Part shown: one piece after another, positions 12,789 to 24,334 of the stretch
Layout of the letters: every line of letters begins with the position of its first letter
Position numbering within the stretch: the stretch's first letter is position 1
Origin: Octopus sinensis
Lineage: Eukaryota
Assembly (NCBI RefSeq): GCF_006345805.1
Contig: NC_043019.1
Location: 2,542,001 to 2,606,000, forward strand
DNA: 64,000 nucleotides
Reading direction: 5' to 3'
Translations under genes and position numbers: made by a program
The notes under the pieces: model-generated
Told to the model about the DNA's origin: nothing
Database searches by the model: none
What the model saw: the letters and a program-made list of their open reading frames with translations, nothing else

Positions 12789-13150
12789 CTAGCAGTATGA
12801 CCCGGCAACGCCGGGTCATAGTGCTAGTGCATGCATATACAGTTGCATGCGTGCGCACATACATGCGAGTACTGTCCAAATCTCCGACCAATCACATACA
12901 GCTAGCTGGCATTCAATTGGCGTATCAAGTTTCGGGCATTTTGATTGGGTTTGGGATAGAAAATTCACAAAAAAGTCACTTCTATTGATTTTTTAATGGC
13001 TTTGCGGGATGACTGGGGAAATGTAAAGATGTGCACGACCACCCTTGGACGGTTTTGAATGACCATAGAAAGTGCGAGCCCTCTAACTGAAAAACTGGAT
13101 TTGTATAAAGGACACGCACACAGACATTTAGCCGTTTATATATAGAGAGA
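12789..13150 (-). mobile_element. Non-autonomous Helitron, family H1
   Basis: Minus strand has 5' TC (TCTCTCTATATAT) and a 3' palindrome ending CTAG, inserted between A and T with no TSD. Highly similar to 29578-29941. Confidence 0.85.
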
Positions 13151-14119
13151 TTAACCCTCTAAGATTTGGGCTCCTCTGTCTAGCTTTACCCTCCACCTTG
13201 GCTCCTGAGCAAGAAAATTAATAGTCGTTCATATAGCTCAAGAGTAACAATTACAAGCAAACTAATGGATAGAATGAGATGCATCTTTTTCTTTTTCTTC
13301 TCTCTCGACGTGTGTTGCTCATTACTGCTTTACCGGGAATCCGGCAGAGATGACATTTAACCTATCCCCACAGTAGCGGGAACACGGCGTGATAGGGTTA
13401 TTTTCTTTTCCTTTTTTTTTTTTTCATATATTCATATAATTTATCATCCTCCGGAAAATGAGGCGAGGAGGTGGTAGTATAGTTAGCATGCGAATAATTC
13501 TTAGCGATATTTTGTACGTTTTTATGTTCTGAGTTCAAATTCCACCGAGATCGCCTTTTTGTTTTTTTAAGACAAAATGTTAAGTGATATTTTATCCATC
13601 TTTACGTTCTGATTTCAAATTTCACCGAAGTTGACTTTGCCTTTCATTCTTTTGAGATCGATAAAATAAGTAGCAATCAAGTACTGGGGTCGATGTAATC
13701 GGCTTCACTCCCACCTCAAAAACTACTGACCCTGTGCCAAAATTTGAAACCATTATTCTCCGGAATCTAATTTAATTTCAGATATTCTTCTTCGTTAATT
13801 ACGCCTTGTGGCCGAATGCTTGTATAGTTTGCTTCGCTATCAAGTCATTCCTCGTTCTGTCCCTCTTCACGGCACTTTGGGCAAGTGTGTTCTACAATAA
13901 CATCACGTCGATCCAAGCTATGTGAAGGAAATTAAGAAGACAGAAACTGTGTAGAAGCCCGTTATGGGAATTGTACCGGATGAATCCTGTTTAGGGAAGA
14001 AATTCGTTTTCTTAGTCAAAATCCTGCAGTGAACACTGTTCGTGTTCATGGATGCAAGAATGTATTAAAAATAAATGTACACAACAATATATATACATAT
14101 ATTTACTATAATCCTTAAC

Positions 14120-14186
14120 GTTACTCGGTTTCACGTTCCCGTTCGTCGGACGAACGGACGAACGGGAACGTGAAACTCTAAGTAAC
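14120..14186. repeat. GC-rich palindrome, probably a collapsed MITE
   Basis: Perfect 20-bp arms GTTTCACGTTCCCGTTCGTC (14128-14147) and GACGAACGGGAACGTGAAAC (14157-14176). Confidence 0.75.
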
Positions 14187-14220
14187 AGCTTATGTTATAT
14201 TTCTGCTGCTTTTAAATAAA

Positions 14221-14259
<39 letters not shown>

Positions 14260-14935
14260 CACGGTATCCCAAAACGTGTATACAGACATTAACAGCTGAT
14301 AACTCAATTTTCATTTCTTTTTAGATTTAACCCATTAGAAATAATGAAGGGAACAAGACTTAGCTTTGACCAAAGGAAATTTTTCGTAAAATGCTACTGG
14401 AAGTTTGAAAACGCAGTCGAAGGGCAAAGACAGTTTAGTGGGGAGCTTCAAACAGACGCACCTGATTGAGTTACCATCACTCGAATCAGAGATAAGTTTG
14501 TAACAAATGGAAGAGTTTAAGATGTTCACAAGAAACGTTCTACAAGTTCGCGGACATCGACGAATTCTACAAAGCAAGAAAGGGTATTAGAAATGTACAG
14601 TCAGAGTTCAAGAAAATCTGAGCTGCACGCGAGTCGTGTGATAGGAATTTCAAGATCAAGCGTCCGTTGCATTTTGAAAGACTACCATTGGAAAAGTTAC
14701 ATTCCAAGAATACTCCATTCTCCCAGTTGGGACGATCTGGACCGAAGAGTAGATTCTTGAGAGTTGTGCTTGGCATGATGAGTAGAAGATCCACACCATT
14801 CCAACAAAGATTGGTTGAAGTATTGAGGCTACATTCAAATTAGATGGTTCAATTAACTATCAGATCTGTACCTACTGGGGACCTTTGATTCCGCATATAA
14901 CGGAGGATTGTTATGTTAATTTCCTAGAAGTTACA
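14260..14935 (+). pseudogene. Tc1/mariner-superfamily transposase remnant (DUF4817-type N-terminus)
   Basis: TA|CACGGTATCCCAAAA terminus. ATG at 14344 gives MKGTRLSFDQRKFFVKCYWKFENAVEGQRQF; frameshifted ITRIRDKF, ISRSSVRCILK and EATFKLDGSINYQICTYW follow. Confidence 0.75.
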
Positions 14936-15467
14936 ATATAGTGCAGCTTAACATCTCTTATCTAAAAAGAGATTTGTCACTTGGCGACTGACTTGAGCTC
15001 TGTTAAGAACTTGAATAAACCTCAAAACATATCCATAAGAAGGTCCTCGTGACCTTTTTTCTTTTCATTCTTATATTTTTGTTACTAAGGTTGAAAAACG
15101 GACTAGAACTTCGCCACACCACCCTACTGGTATGCTAGCTTTTCTAAAGCATCTTTCAAGTAGAGAAATACTCCATTGTTTCAGCTCAGTGAAGAGACGA
15201 TATTGTTGTAGTTGTTTTAGTTTAGCACCATTTCAGTTTTGGTTGGGCAAACCGTTGAAGCAAGATCTTCCATGAATTCCTTAGTCTACGTTATCCAATT
15301 TCTGTTTTTTTCTTCTTTCTTAAAGTGGTAAAGTTTGGCACGCAGCAGATTTGGTTGCTATTTCTAGCAGGTCAAGTAACGTTATACTTCAAGACCCATT
15401 CCAAACCACTCATGTCTAATATTCGCTAATAACTTACTTATGTCGATATTTCCCTGATAGCATTGTG

Positions 15468-15880
15468 GGATCTTTTCGGTTTGAACGGCAGTTTTTTCTA
15501 GCGGTGTCATATGAAATTGTCACCCATAATTATGACCCTAGAATCGATCTATTGCATTTCAATCTGTTTTAGGGTTAGGGGTGGGGGAAGGGTATTTTTT
15601 TCTTCACAAATATAAATAAACCCAATCTGTTTCTTAAACGAAGGACATATTCATACGGCACAGAATGCTTTTTATCTCAATAGACGTCACTGATAGGTTG
15701 AAATTGCAGAAATTGAAGAAGAAAAAAAACAACAAATATCTTACAAACTATAGAATTTTCTCAAAAAAGCCAAGAGAAAAAGATGTTTTATAAACACATT
15801 CTGCCAGTATACGATGTTTAAAAGTGTTTAGTTACGTGGAAATTATTTAAAAAAAACTGCCGTTCAAACCGAAAAGATCC
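15468..15880 (+). mobile_element. GGATC-MITE (about 410 bp, TIR GGATCTTTTCGGTTTGAACGGCAGTTTTT) flanked by a 33-bp direct repeat
   Basis: TIRs at both ends; TACTTATGTCGATATTTCCCTGATAGCATTGTG at 15435-15467 and 15881-15913. Confidence 0.9.
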
Positions 15881-16608
15881 TACTTATGTCGATATTTCCC
15901 TGATAGCATTGTGCAAACAACGTAAGCTATTGTAAGCTAAGCAAGAGTAATTTATATAGGCACTCTTCCTTGTATTTATACTTGGTCATGCGATTTTTCT
16001 GAAAACTCAGTGCAACAACAGTGAATGTATTATCAAGACAAGTCTGGTGTAACTGTTAGAAGTCTGTTATAAGCTGACAACGGTTCTGAGCTTGAGTACC
16101 TGATGATCTTTGTGTTGTTCAAACTGTATTAGATATGTTTATTGTTCACCGGAATTTAATTATCTCACCCTCCGACACATTGAAAACATTTGCCTTCTCC
16201 ACCCACATTTTTCAAGATAATATCTTTTCATTTCATTATTATCTCAAATAGGACATTTGATACGCTGGTCGTCTCACAACGGAAGACTGCACTCACTGAA
16301 AGTTCACTCCTTAATCTTTAGATTAACCAGAATAAATCATTCAGCTTGCGAATGAGTTTATTAAGAGATGAAATAAAGGACCTACTTATGCGCATCCTTT
16401 CTTTAGAAAAAGAAAAAAATGTATCAGTAACATTTGGTGATGACGTTGCTACCATGTATTTATTTTGTCAGCAATAGATACTAGCTAATAATATTTCATT
16501 GGTATTATTGACGTGGCGTTTTTTACCATGTTTTTTCTTAGTTTTCATTGCCCAGAGCATGATCATCGTTATAATTTTGTGTGATTATCATGATTATTGC
16601 TGTAATAT

Positions 16609-16813
16609 TACTTTTACTTGTTTCAGTCATGTGAATGTGGCTATGCTGGAGCACCGCCTTTAGTCGAGCCAATCGACCCCAGGACTTATTCTTTGTAACC
16701 CTAGTATTTATTCTATCGGTCACTTTTACCGAACCGCTAAGTTACGGGAACGTAAACACACCAGCATCGGTTGTCAAGCGATGTTGGGGCGACAAATGCA
16801 GACACACAAACAT

Positions 16814-16846
<33 letters not shown>

Positions 16847-16950
16847 CGACGGGCTTCTTTCAGTTTCCGTCAACCAAATCCACTCACAAGGCTTTGGTCG
16901 GCCCGAGGCTATAGTAGGAGACACTTGCGCAAGGTGCCACACAGTGGGAC
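16609..16950 (-). mobile_element. SINE family A, head truncated by a MITE fragment
   Basis: Reverse complement of 7986-8372. Confidence 0.85.
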
Positions 16951-17248
16951 TCTAGAATCGATCTATTGCATTTCGATCTCTTTTAGGGTTAGGGGTGGGG
17001 GAAGGGTATTTTTTTTCTTCACAAATGTAAATAAACTCAATCTGTTTCTTAAACGAGGGACATATTCATGCAGCACAGAATGCTTTTTAACTCAATAGAC
17101 GTCACTGATTGGTTGAAATTGCAGAATTTTCTCAGTAAAGCCAAGAGAAAAGGATGTTTTATAGACACATTCTACTAGGATACGAAGTTTAAAATTTTTT
17201 AGTTACCTAGAAAATATGTTAAAACTGCCGTTCAAACCGAAAAGATCC
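16951..17248 (+). mobile_element. GGATC-MITE, left end missing
   Basis: Matches the internal and right part of 15468-15880 and ends AAAAGATCC. Confidence 0.85.
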
Positions 17249-17689
17249 CAGATCTATACAGCACTCCCCTCTGACAGCGCTGAGGAGGATGGACCACTAC
17301 GCTACTGGCTCTAGAGCATTAAATCCTGCTTTACCGATATGATTATGCTCATATTTGAGATGTAACTATATTTTCAGACCTCATCTACCCAATAATTAGA
17401 ATAAAATGTATCATGCCCTTTATTACCCAACCTATTTCCCTGTGAATTCACTTCGTGAGTTTATATCAGCGGTAAGCATTTTGTTGTTTCTCTGAGGTGG
17501 ACACTTCAGTGAACAAATTTAGCTGTGAAAACCTGAAATTAAAAAGCATTAATAAATCAAGATTGACATCCTGTCTCAGTAATTAGTATTTCTAAGAAGC
17601 TAGTCACCTATTTCGGGGTAACAAGAAACAGGACCTACAATTTAAAACTAGTTTATTCACACTCTAGTTACCTTAGTTTCATTTTTCAG

Positions 17690-17744
17690 TCTGTACTGAG
17701 ATTGGATGAATGGGAATATCTACATCTTTATGCTTTTCCTGCTA
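17690..17744 (+). CDS. Candidate exon, possibly encoding the signal-peptide start MNGNIYIFMLFLL
   Basis: TTTCATTTTTCAG acceptor and A|GTAAGT donor; ATG at 17706; a second frame is also open. An upstream splice-flanked segment lies at 17378-17471. Confidence 0.35.
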
Positions 17745-17899
17745 GTAAGTACAAAAGTCAAAAATAGCTTTGATCAGATGTCAGTTGAGCTTACGCAGGA
17801 TATTTTCCAAAATATTTGTGGTTACTTATGTCAGTTGGTGTGTGTGTATAATCTGTCACTTGTTTCAGTCATTAGACTGCAGCCATGGGTACCGATTTG

Positions 17900-18200
17900 G
17901 GGATCTTTTTGGTTTGAACAGCAGTTTTTAAAATAATTTCCACGTAAATAAACACTTTTAAACTTCGTATACTGGTAGAATGTGTTTATAAAACATCTTT
18001 TTCTCTTAGCTTTATTGAGAAAATTTTATAGTTTGTAAGATATTTGTTGTTTTTTTTCTTCAATTTCTGCAATTTCAACCAATCAGTGACGTCCATTGAG
18101 GTGAAAACATTCTGTGCCGTGTCAATATGTCCCTCGTTTAAGAAACAGATTGGGTTTATTTACATTTTTGAAGAAAAAAAAGATACTCTTCCCCCACCCC
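17900..18200 (-). mobile_element. GGATC-MITE, partial
   Basis: One TIR at 17900; the rest is the reverse complement of the family right half. Confidence 0.85.
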
Positions 18201-18377
18201 CTGCAGCAACAAATAAAAATATTAACAAATTCAACTAAAAATTCTTCAAGGTGGTACTTCAGCATTGCCACAGTCTAATAACTACAGCAACGAGTAAAAA
18301 TATAAAAATTCTGGCATCAATACAAAAAATAACCAGAAAATATAGCTGTGAGGATTTTGTCTGAGAGGTTTTTGTCC

Positions 18378-18625
18378 ACATCATCATCATTTAATGTCCA
18401 CTTTCCATGCTAGCATGGGTTGGACGATTTGACTGAGGACTGGCAAACCAGATGGATGCACCAGGCTCTAATCTTATCTGGCAGAGTTTCTACAGCTGGA
18501 TGCCCTTCCTAACGCCAACCACTCCGAGTGTGTAATGGGTGCTTTTACGTGCCACTGGCACGAGGGCCAGTATGGCAGTACTGGCAACAGCCATGCTCAA
18601 ATGGTGTTTTTTTACATGCCACCTC
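18378..18625 (-). mobile_element. (GAT)n-tailed retroposon, family D
   Basis: CATCATC..GTCCACTTTCCATGCTAGCATGGGTTGGAC..GGATGCCCTTCCTAACGCCAACC; paralogues at 24335-24668, 60192-60397 and 60491-60782. Confidence 0.75.
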
Positions 18626-18626
18626 C

Positions 18627-18678
<52 letters not shown>

Positions 18679-19027
18679 GCTTCTTTCAGTTTCCGTCTAC
18701 CTAATCCACTCACAAGGCCTTGGTCAGCCCGAGGCTATAGTAGAAATCACTTGATCAAGGTGCCATGCAGTGGAACTGAACTTGGAACTGAGTGGTTGAG
18801 AAGTAAGCTTCTTACCATGCCTACACCTATTGCAAATTATTAATGAATATCTTTTACAATCTACTTGTTTCAGTCGTTAGATGGTAGCCATGCTGGAGCA
18901 CCGCAACACTTATTTTTAAAGCCAGGTACACATCCTATCAGTTACTTTTTCTGAACTGCCGAGTTTTGAAAGTGAAAGGACCCATTAAATATTCAAGTCC
19001 TAGATACATTATATTTATTTTTAATGA

Positions 19028-19408
19028 GTTTCAGTCATTAAACAGTGGTCTTGCTGGGGCAATGCCATGAAATATTTTAGTCAAACGAATCGACTCCAGT
19101 ATTTAATTTTTTTAGTGCCTGGTACCTATTCTATCAGGCTCCTTTTGCTGAACTGCTAGACTATGGGGATGTAAACACACCAACATCAGCTGTCATGTGA
19201 TGGTGAAGGACAAACACAAGCACAAAGATACACACACACATACATATATATACACGACGGGCTTCTTTCAGTTTCCGTCTACTAATCCACTCACAAGGGC
19301 TTTGGTTGACTCGCTACTATAGTAAAAGACAGTTGCCCAAGATGGTATGCACTGAGACTGAACCAGGAACCATATGGCTGGGAAGCAAATTTCTGATACC
19401 ACTGTCCC
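19028..19408 (-). mobile_element. SINE family A, diverged
   Basis: Same modules as 7986-8372 in reverse. Confidence 0.75.
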
Positions 19409-21365
19409 TTGGGTAAAAAAAAAGAAAGAAAGAAAACAAGAAAAAAAATGGTTATTGATGGTATGTCTCTGATCATAGACTTAGTATATTAGGGCTGACT
19501 TCGAGGTTCCAAAACAACAGGAACATAGCAAGTACAATTTCACAGAGTGTAGGGTGAAGCGGAGTGCTTGACCTGTTAAAAATAACAGCCAAATCCCAAA
19601 TTCACCTCATTCTTTTAAGACAGGTGGAACACATTAGATAATGTAGTTGTAGACAATATTGGGGAGTGGTAGAGTGGTCTGAGTAGTACAGTGTGTCATG
19701 ATTATAACACCTTCGTTCATAATTGGGTCTATTTACTTTGTGCTAATCTAGAATTAAACACAAGCAAGAACAGTTGCAGCAACAGCAGCAGCATCAGAGC
19801 TGTAACATTACAAATACGTACCAAGTATGTGCCACATAAAACTGAGTGTTTGTCTCAGTAAGGAACAAACTATATTTACCCAGTCTTATTACAATTCAAG
19901 ATATGTTCAACTCTTACACTTCATCTCTTTGTATGTGTACCAGCATATGTGTGTGGACGAGTGTGTGAGAGAAAATGAAGAGAAGAGAGAGAGTGGAGGA
20001 GAGAATATATAACATTAATTGTAAGCTTCTAAATAGATGTAAGTGCAAAATAGCTTTTGATTTCCGATCCCATTTCCTTTTAAGTTCTAGTGAATTTGGA
20101 TATTGTCAAGAACTTAAACAATGGCCTTCACCGACGGTATTTAAACAGTCATCACCCATATATACACACACTCATACACACGCGCACACACAAACATACA
20201 CATACACACGCATGAATGAACATCATCGTTTAATGTCTGTTTTCCATGGTAGTATAGGTTGGACAATTTGACAAATATGTACATACATATGTATGTATGT
20301 ATGTATATGTGTGTGTGTGTGTGTATACACACATGTATATATGTGTGTATATATACACATGTATATTTATTTATATGTATATACACTGTGGTTGTTAGGA
20401 AGGGCATAGCTTAAACACTACATCTGATTTATTTAGATTGATACATGCTAGCATGGATATGATGATGATGATGATGATGATATGATATAATATACAATAT
20501 ATATATTTATATGTATATATAAATATAAGTTCAGCAAAATTTAGATTCAGATGAATATGGTACTTAAGTCAAAGGCACCAGAATTTTGTATGGTATTATC
20601 CATATAAATCCACGGGGTGATTACAATCAAAATAAGCAACATATATACTTGTTGCTTATTTTGATTATATATACACATTTACATGTAAATATCTTTTATC
20701 AACCTATGCCTTTAGAGTTTAGTCAGCGAAATCAACCCCAATATAAATACTTCTGTCAGACCCGATTGCCAAACCATTTAGTTACAGTGACATTAATAAA
20801 ACAACACGAATTGTCAAGCAATATGTGAGGTACAAACTCAAATATACACATACATACATATGTGTGTATGTATACACACGCAAAAGGCTTCTGCATGATT
20901 TCTATCTACAATATTTACACACAAGGCATTAGTCAGACCAGGGCTATTAGTAGAAGACATATTCCCTAGGGACTAAACTCAAGACCGTGTGAATGCCTTG
21001 CTTGAACAAACTTACCAATATATTCACTATTCATCCAAGGCTCCGATCACATACCATACACAATTCAGGTTCAACATACATAAATTCAATGCAACCCAAT
21101 TTGTCCCCCCCGCCGACAGACACTGCTCTATTTAATGTTATATCAAAACAAGTCTAAAAAGGAAAAAAAAAAATACCATCACATTCAAATAAAATCTGAA
21201 CGAATTTCAAGGGATACCAGATAAACCTCCTGTACTTTGACACATCTCAATCAACAACTCCCTACTTGAATAGGCCATGATACCACAAAACTTGACATCA
21301 AAATGATTTTAATCATGGCCTGGGCCAATCTTTGGCCAAAATATAAATATGTCTAATACATATAT

Positions 21366-21460
21366 ATATATATATAATAGTAGAAGACTCTTGCCCAGGT
21401 CCCACAGCGTGGCACCTCGGGCAGTGGGGATTTGGTAGACGGAAACTGAAAGAAGCCCAT

Positions 21461-21514
<54 letters not shown>

Positions 21515-21730
21515 GTGTGTATATGTTTGTGTGTCTGTGTTTGTCCCCCCAACATCGCTTGACAACTAATGCTGGTGTGTTTACGTCCCCGTAACTTGGC
21601 GGTTCAGCAAAAGAGGCCGATAGAATAAGTACTAGTCTTACAAAGAATAAGTCCTAGGGTCGATTTGCTCAACTAAAGGTGGTGCTCCAGCATGGCCACA
21701 GTCAAATGACTGAAACAAGTAAAAGAGTAT
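21366..21730 (+). mobile_element. SINE family A with an inverted 5' segment
   Basis: TATAGTAGAAGAC.CTTGCCCA.GGT.CCAC (reverse) is fused to GCGTGGCACCTCGGGCAG (forward), followed by the normal body and tail. Confidence 0.75.
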
Positions 21731-21973
21731 TATTATTATAGGTTTTTATAGTATATTTATTTTTCTATATGGTGTGAATAATGTCTTTCACTATTGAATT
21801 GCTTAATAGAGGTTTTTCTCTCTATTATATACATATATTATATATTGTGAAATTTGATTTACAATTGCTAAATTGAATTTTTCCCTGTAAGTTTGGAATT
21901 ATATTCCCTATTATTATATTATTATTATATATATATATTATATATAACATATAGCAATAGAAATTTGGATAAT

Positions 21974-22097
21974 ATCTTACAGCTGTTTCAGCCAAGAGGC
22001 AAAAATACCTCATTCTACCTTTATCCCACCAGTGGACTGAAGTATTTAGTAGATGAAATTGAGGTACTTGGCTGTTTCTCTAGGTTTCATCAGAGAT
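21974..22097 (-). ncRNA. Type-I hammerhead ribozyme motif with extended stem II (left arm)
   Basis: Minus strand: ATCT-CTGATGA-AACC-[89 nt]-GGCT-GAAACAGCTGT-A-AGAT. Confidence 0.65.
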
Positions 22098-22254
22098 TTT
22101 AGAAAGTACATAAGGTCGTTATAAGTATATATACACAAACACACACATATACATACTTTTACATATACATACATATACATAAATATACATAGATGTATAT
22201 GTAAAAGTATGTATATATTTGTGTATTTATATTTGACTTTTATGACTTTTTAAA

Positions 22255-22378
22255 ATCTCTGACGAAGCCTAGAGAAACACCCAAGTACCTCAATTTCATC
22301 TACTAATTACTTCAGTCCACTGGGGGGATAAAGGTAGAATGAGGTATTTTTGCCTCTTGGCTGAAACAGCTGTAAGAT
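22255..22378 (+). ncRNA. Type-I hammerhead ribozyme motif with extended stem II (right arm)
   Basis: ATCT-CTGACGA-AGCC-[89 nt]-GGCT-GAAACAGCTGT-A-AGAT. The core is complete, stems I and II pair, stem III is palindromic, and the GUA site ends at 22374. Confidence 0.7.
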
Positions 22379-23204
22379 ATTTTCCCTATTTCTATTCCTG
22401 TATGTTATATATTTTATTAATTACTGATATTTTTATATTTTATATATGACATATGTAAAGTATAATATGTTATACATGTATGTATATTGTTATAATTGTC
22501 CTTTTAGTAAATAAATAAATTGACATAATATAATGTCTAAAAGTTGATGAATACCACCTATTGATCCCCTCCAGTTTCTTATTGCTATATATGTATATAT
22601 ATATATATAGTCTTATAATCTTATTATACAGTCTTATAAAATTTACTGCATTAACAGATATATCTGATAAATATCATTTTTATTACATAACATCATTTAT
22701 ACTTTACTTAATACAGTATATTAACATTTTATGTATGTAGGCTTTGCTACATGGTTAAGTGCTTCTCTTCATAATCATGAGGTTCTAAGTCCAGTCCTAC
22801 TCATAGCCTTGAGAGCATTGTGTTCAGGGGGATGCTTGCACCCCTTAAAATTTGGAGGCATAGAGGTAACGAAAATGCTTTGACCATCCTGGGTTGGTCC
22901 TGGGTTTGCATGCCCTAAGCAAATTTCATTCCTGTATTTATTTGCTGCTACTGCTCAATAACAGTTATCAGTGCAGATATCTTCTACTGGATCATTCATT
23001 TAACCTAAAGTATCTGACCGAATTTGGTTATACAGAAATTCTGTGGAAGCTTATTTGATGGGCTATACTTTGAATTTAAAGAGCCAAGTTTGTTATACAC
23101 TACATCACACCGACTCTGCCAGAGAATTAGATTAAAGATAGAAGTATACGTGGAATACTCAGCCATTTAATCTGTAATTTGACTGTCCAACTATTTCATA
23201 CAGT

Positions 23205-23420
23205 ATCACACCCTGCTCAGTCTAGCCTGGGCCTTGTGCTAAGGGTACATAAGTTTGTTTAAGGTTCAGTTATTTTATACACCCCCAGGTCCAGACTGAG
23301 CAGAGTGTGGCAACACTCTGCTCAGTCTGGCCTGGGGGTGTGCTGAGAGTACTTGTGTTTGTTGAATGTCGAAGGTTTGACTATTTGACACACAGTACCA
23401 CACTCTGTTAAGTCTGAGGG
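23205..23420. repeat. Degenerate tandem repeat of about 100 bp (three heads) with an inserted inverted head that forms a 63-nt hairpin
   Basis: CACAC.CTG.T.AGTCT heads at about 23207, 23313 and 23399; inverted copy at 23279-23308. Confidence 0.75.
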
Positions 23421-24334
23421 TCCATCTGTCTGTAGAATACTAAACTACTTACCATTTAGGACATTGAGTAGATAGCTCAGCTGATTGAACAAATGAGTTA
23501 TGCACTAAAATCAGTGGGGAGTTCATTTATTTAACCACTAAGTGTAGAAATGCATATCCGATTTGTTACACAACCATTTCAGGAAAAAAAGTTTCTCCTT
23601 TTTCTTTTTGTTTTTTATCCTTTAAATAGACATATAAGTAACTCATATAAACATAGATATTTTGCTTAGTATTATACTTTGAGGAGGAATGCAGAAGCTT
23701 TATTTTATATATGTGTTATGTTTCTGTTTCTTAATCCTGGTACTTTAAATATTTGATAACTTTTCATTTGACAGGTCTCAATTTATAAATTCTTGATATT
23801 TTGGGGTCTTTTACTTTTTGAGTTAAAAAGTTAAAAAAAAACGAAAATGATCTATTTATGTCATGAAATAACATATACTGAGGCTAGAGTATGTCTGGAA
23901 CATTGCTTTGTTAAAACAGAATAAGACATTTAAATAAACACACACATAAATATTTTCTTTACAGTATTAAACATTTGTAGCATAGTGCTGAAATCAGCAG
24001 CTGGCTAAGCCATTTTGATGGCCAAGACCTAAAATCTAATATTATTAGAATTTATGTAGTTACATTTCGTTTATTGTAAGCAGCTAAAACAGTCTGTGAC
24101 AAATGTTTCAATAACCTTCAATGCAAGAAGATAAACTGTGATCAGTGGTGTTCCTAACAAAGGGTGACAACTTCAACTGTTCCCTTTTTATGATATGGGC
24201 TTTCTGTTTACTGTGTACTGTGGCCAATATTCATATAATTTCATTATTGATAGACTGCACTGCAGTACACTCAGCTCTTGTCTCTTGGGGGCTTTTTTGT
24301 GTATTCAATTCAACTGCTGGAAATAGCAACCATA

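Noticed and set aside
16351-16476. Short ORF MSLLRDEIKDLLMRILSLEKEK.. with coiled-coil character
   Set aside because: Only about 41 codons, with no convincing splice context or homology I can recognise.
21070-21290. Highly decayed CR1-like 3' end (..GIPDKP..NNSLLE)
   Set aside because: The resemblance to 63300-63400 is suggestive but too degraded to list as a supported feature.
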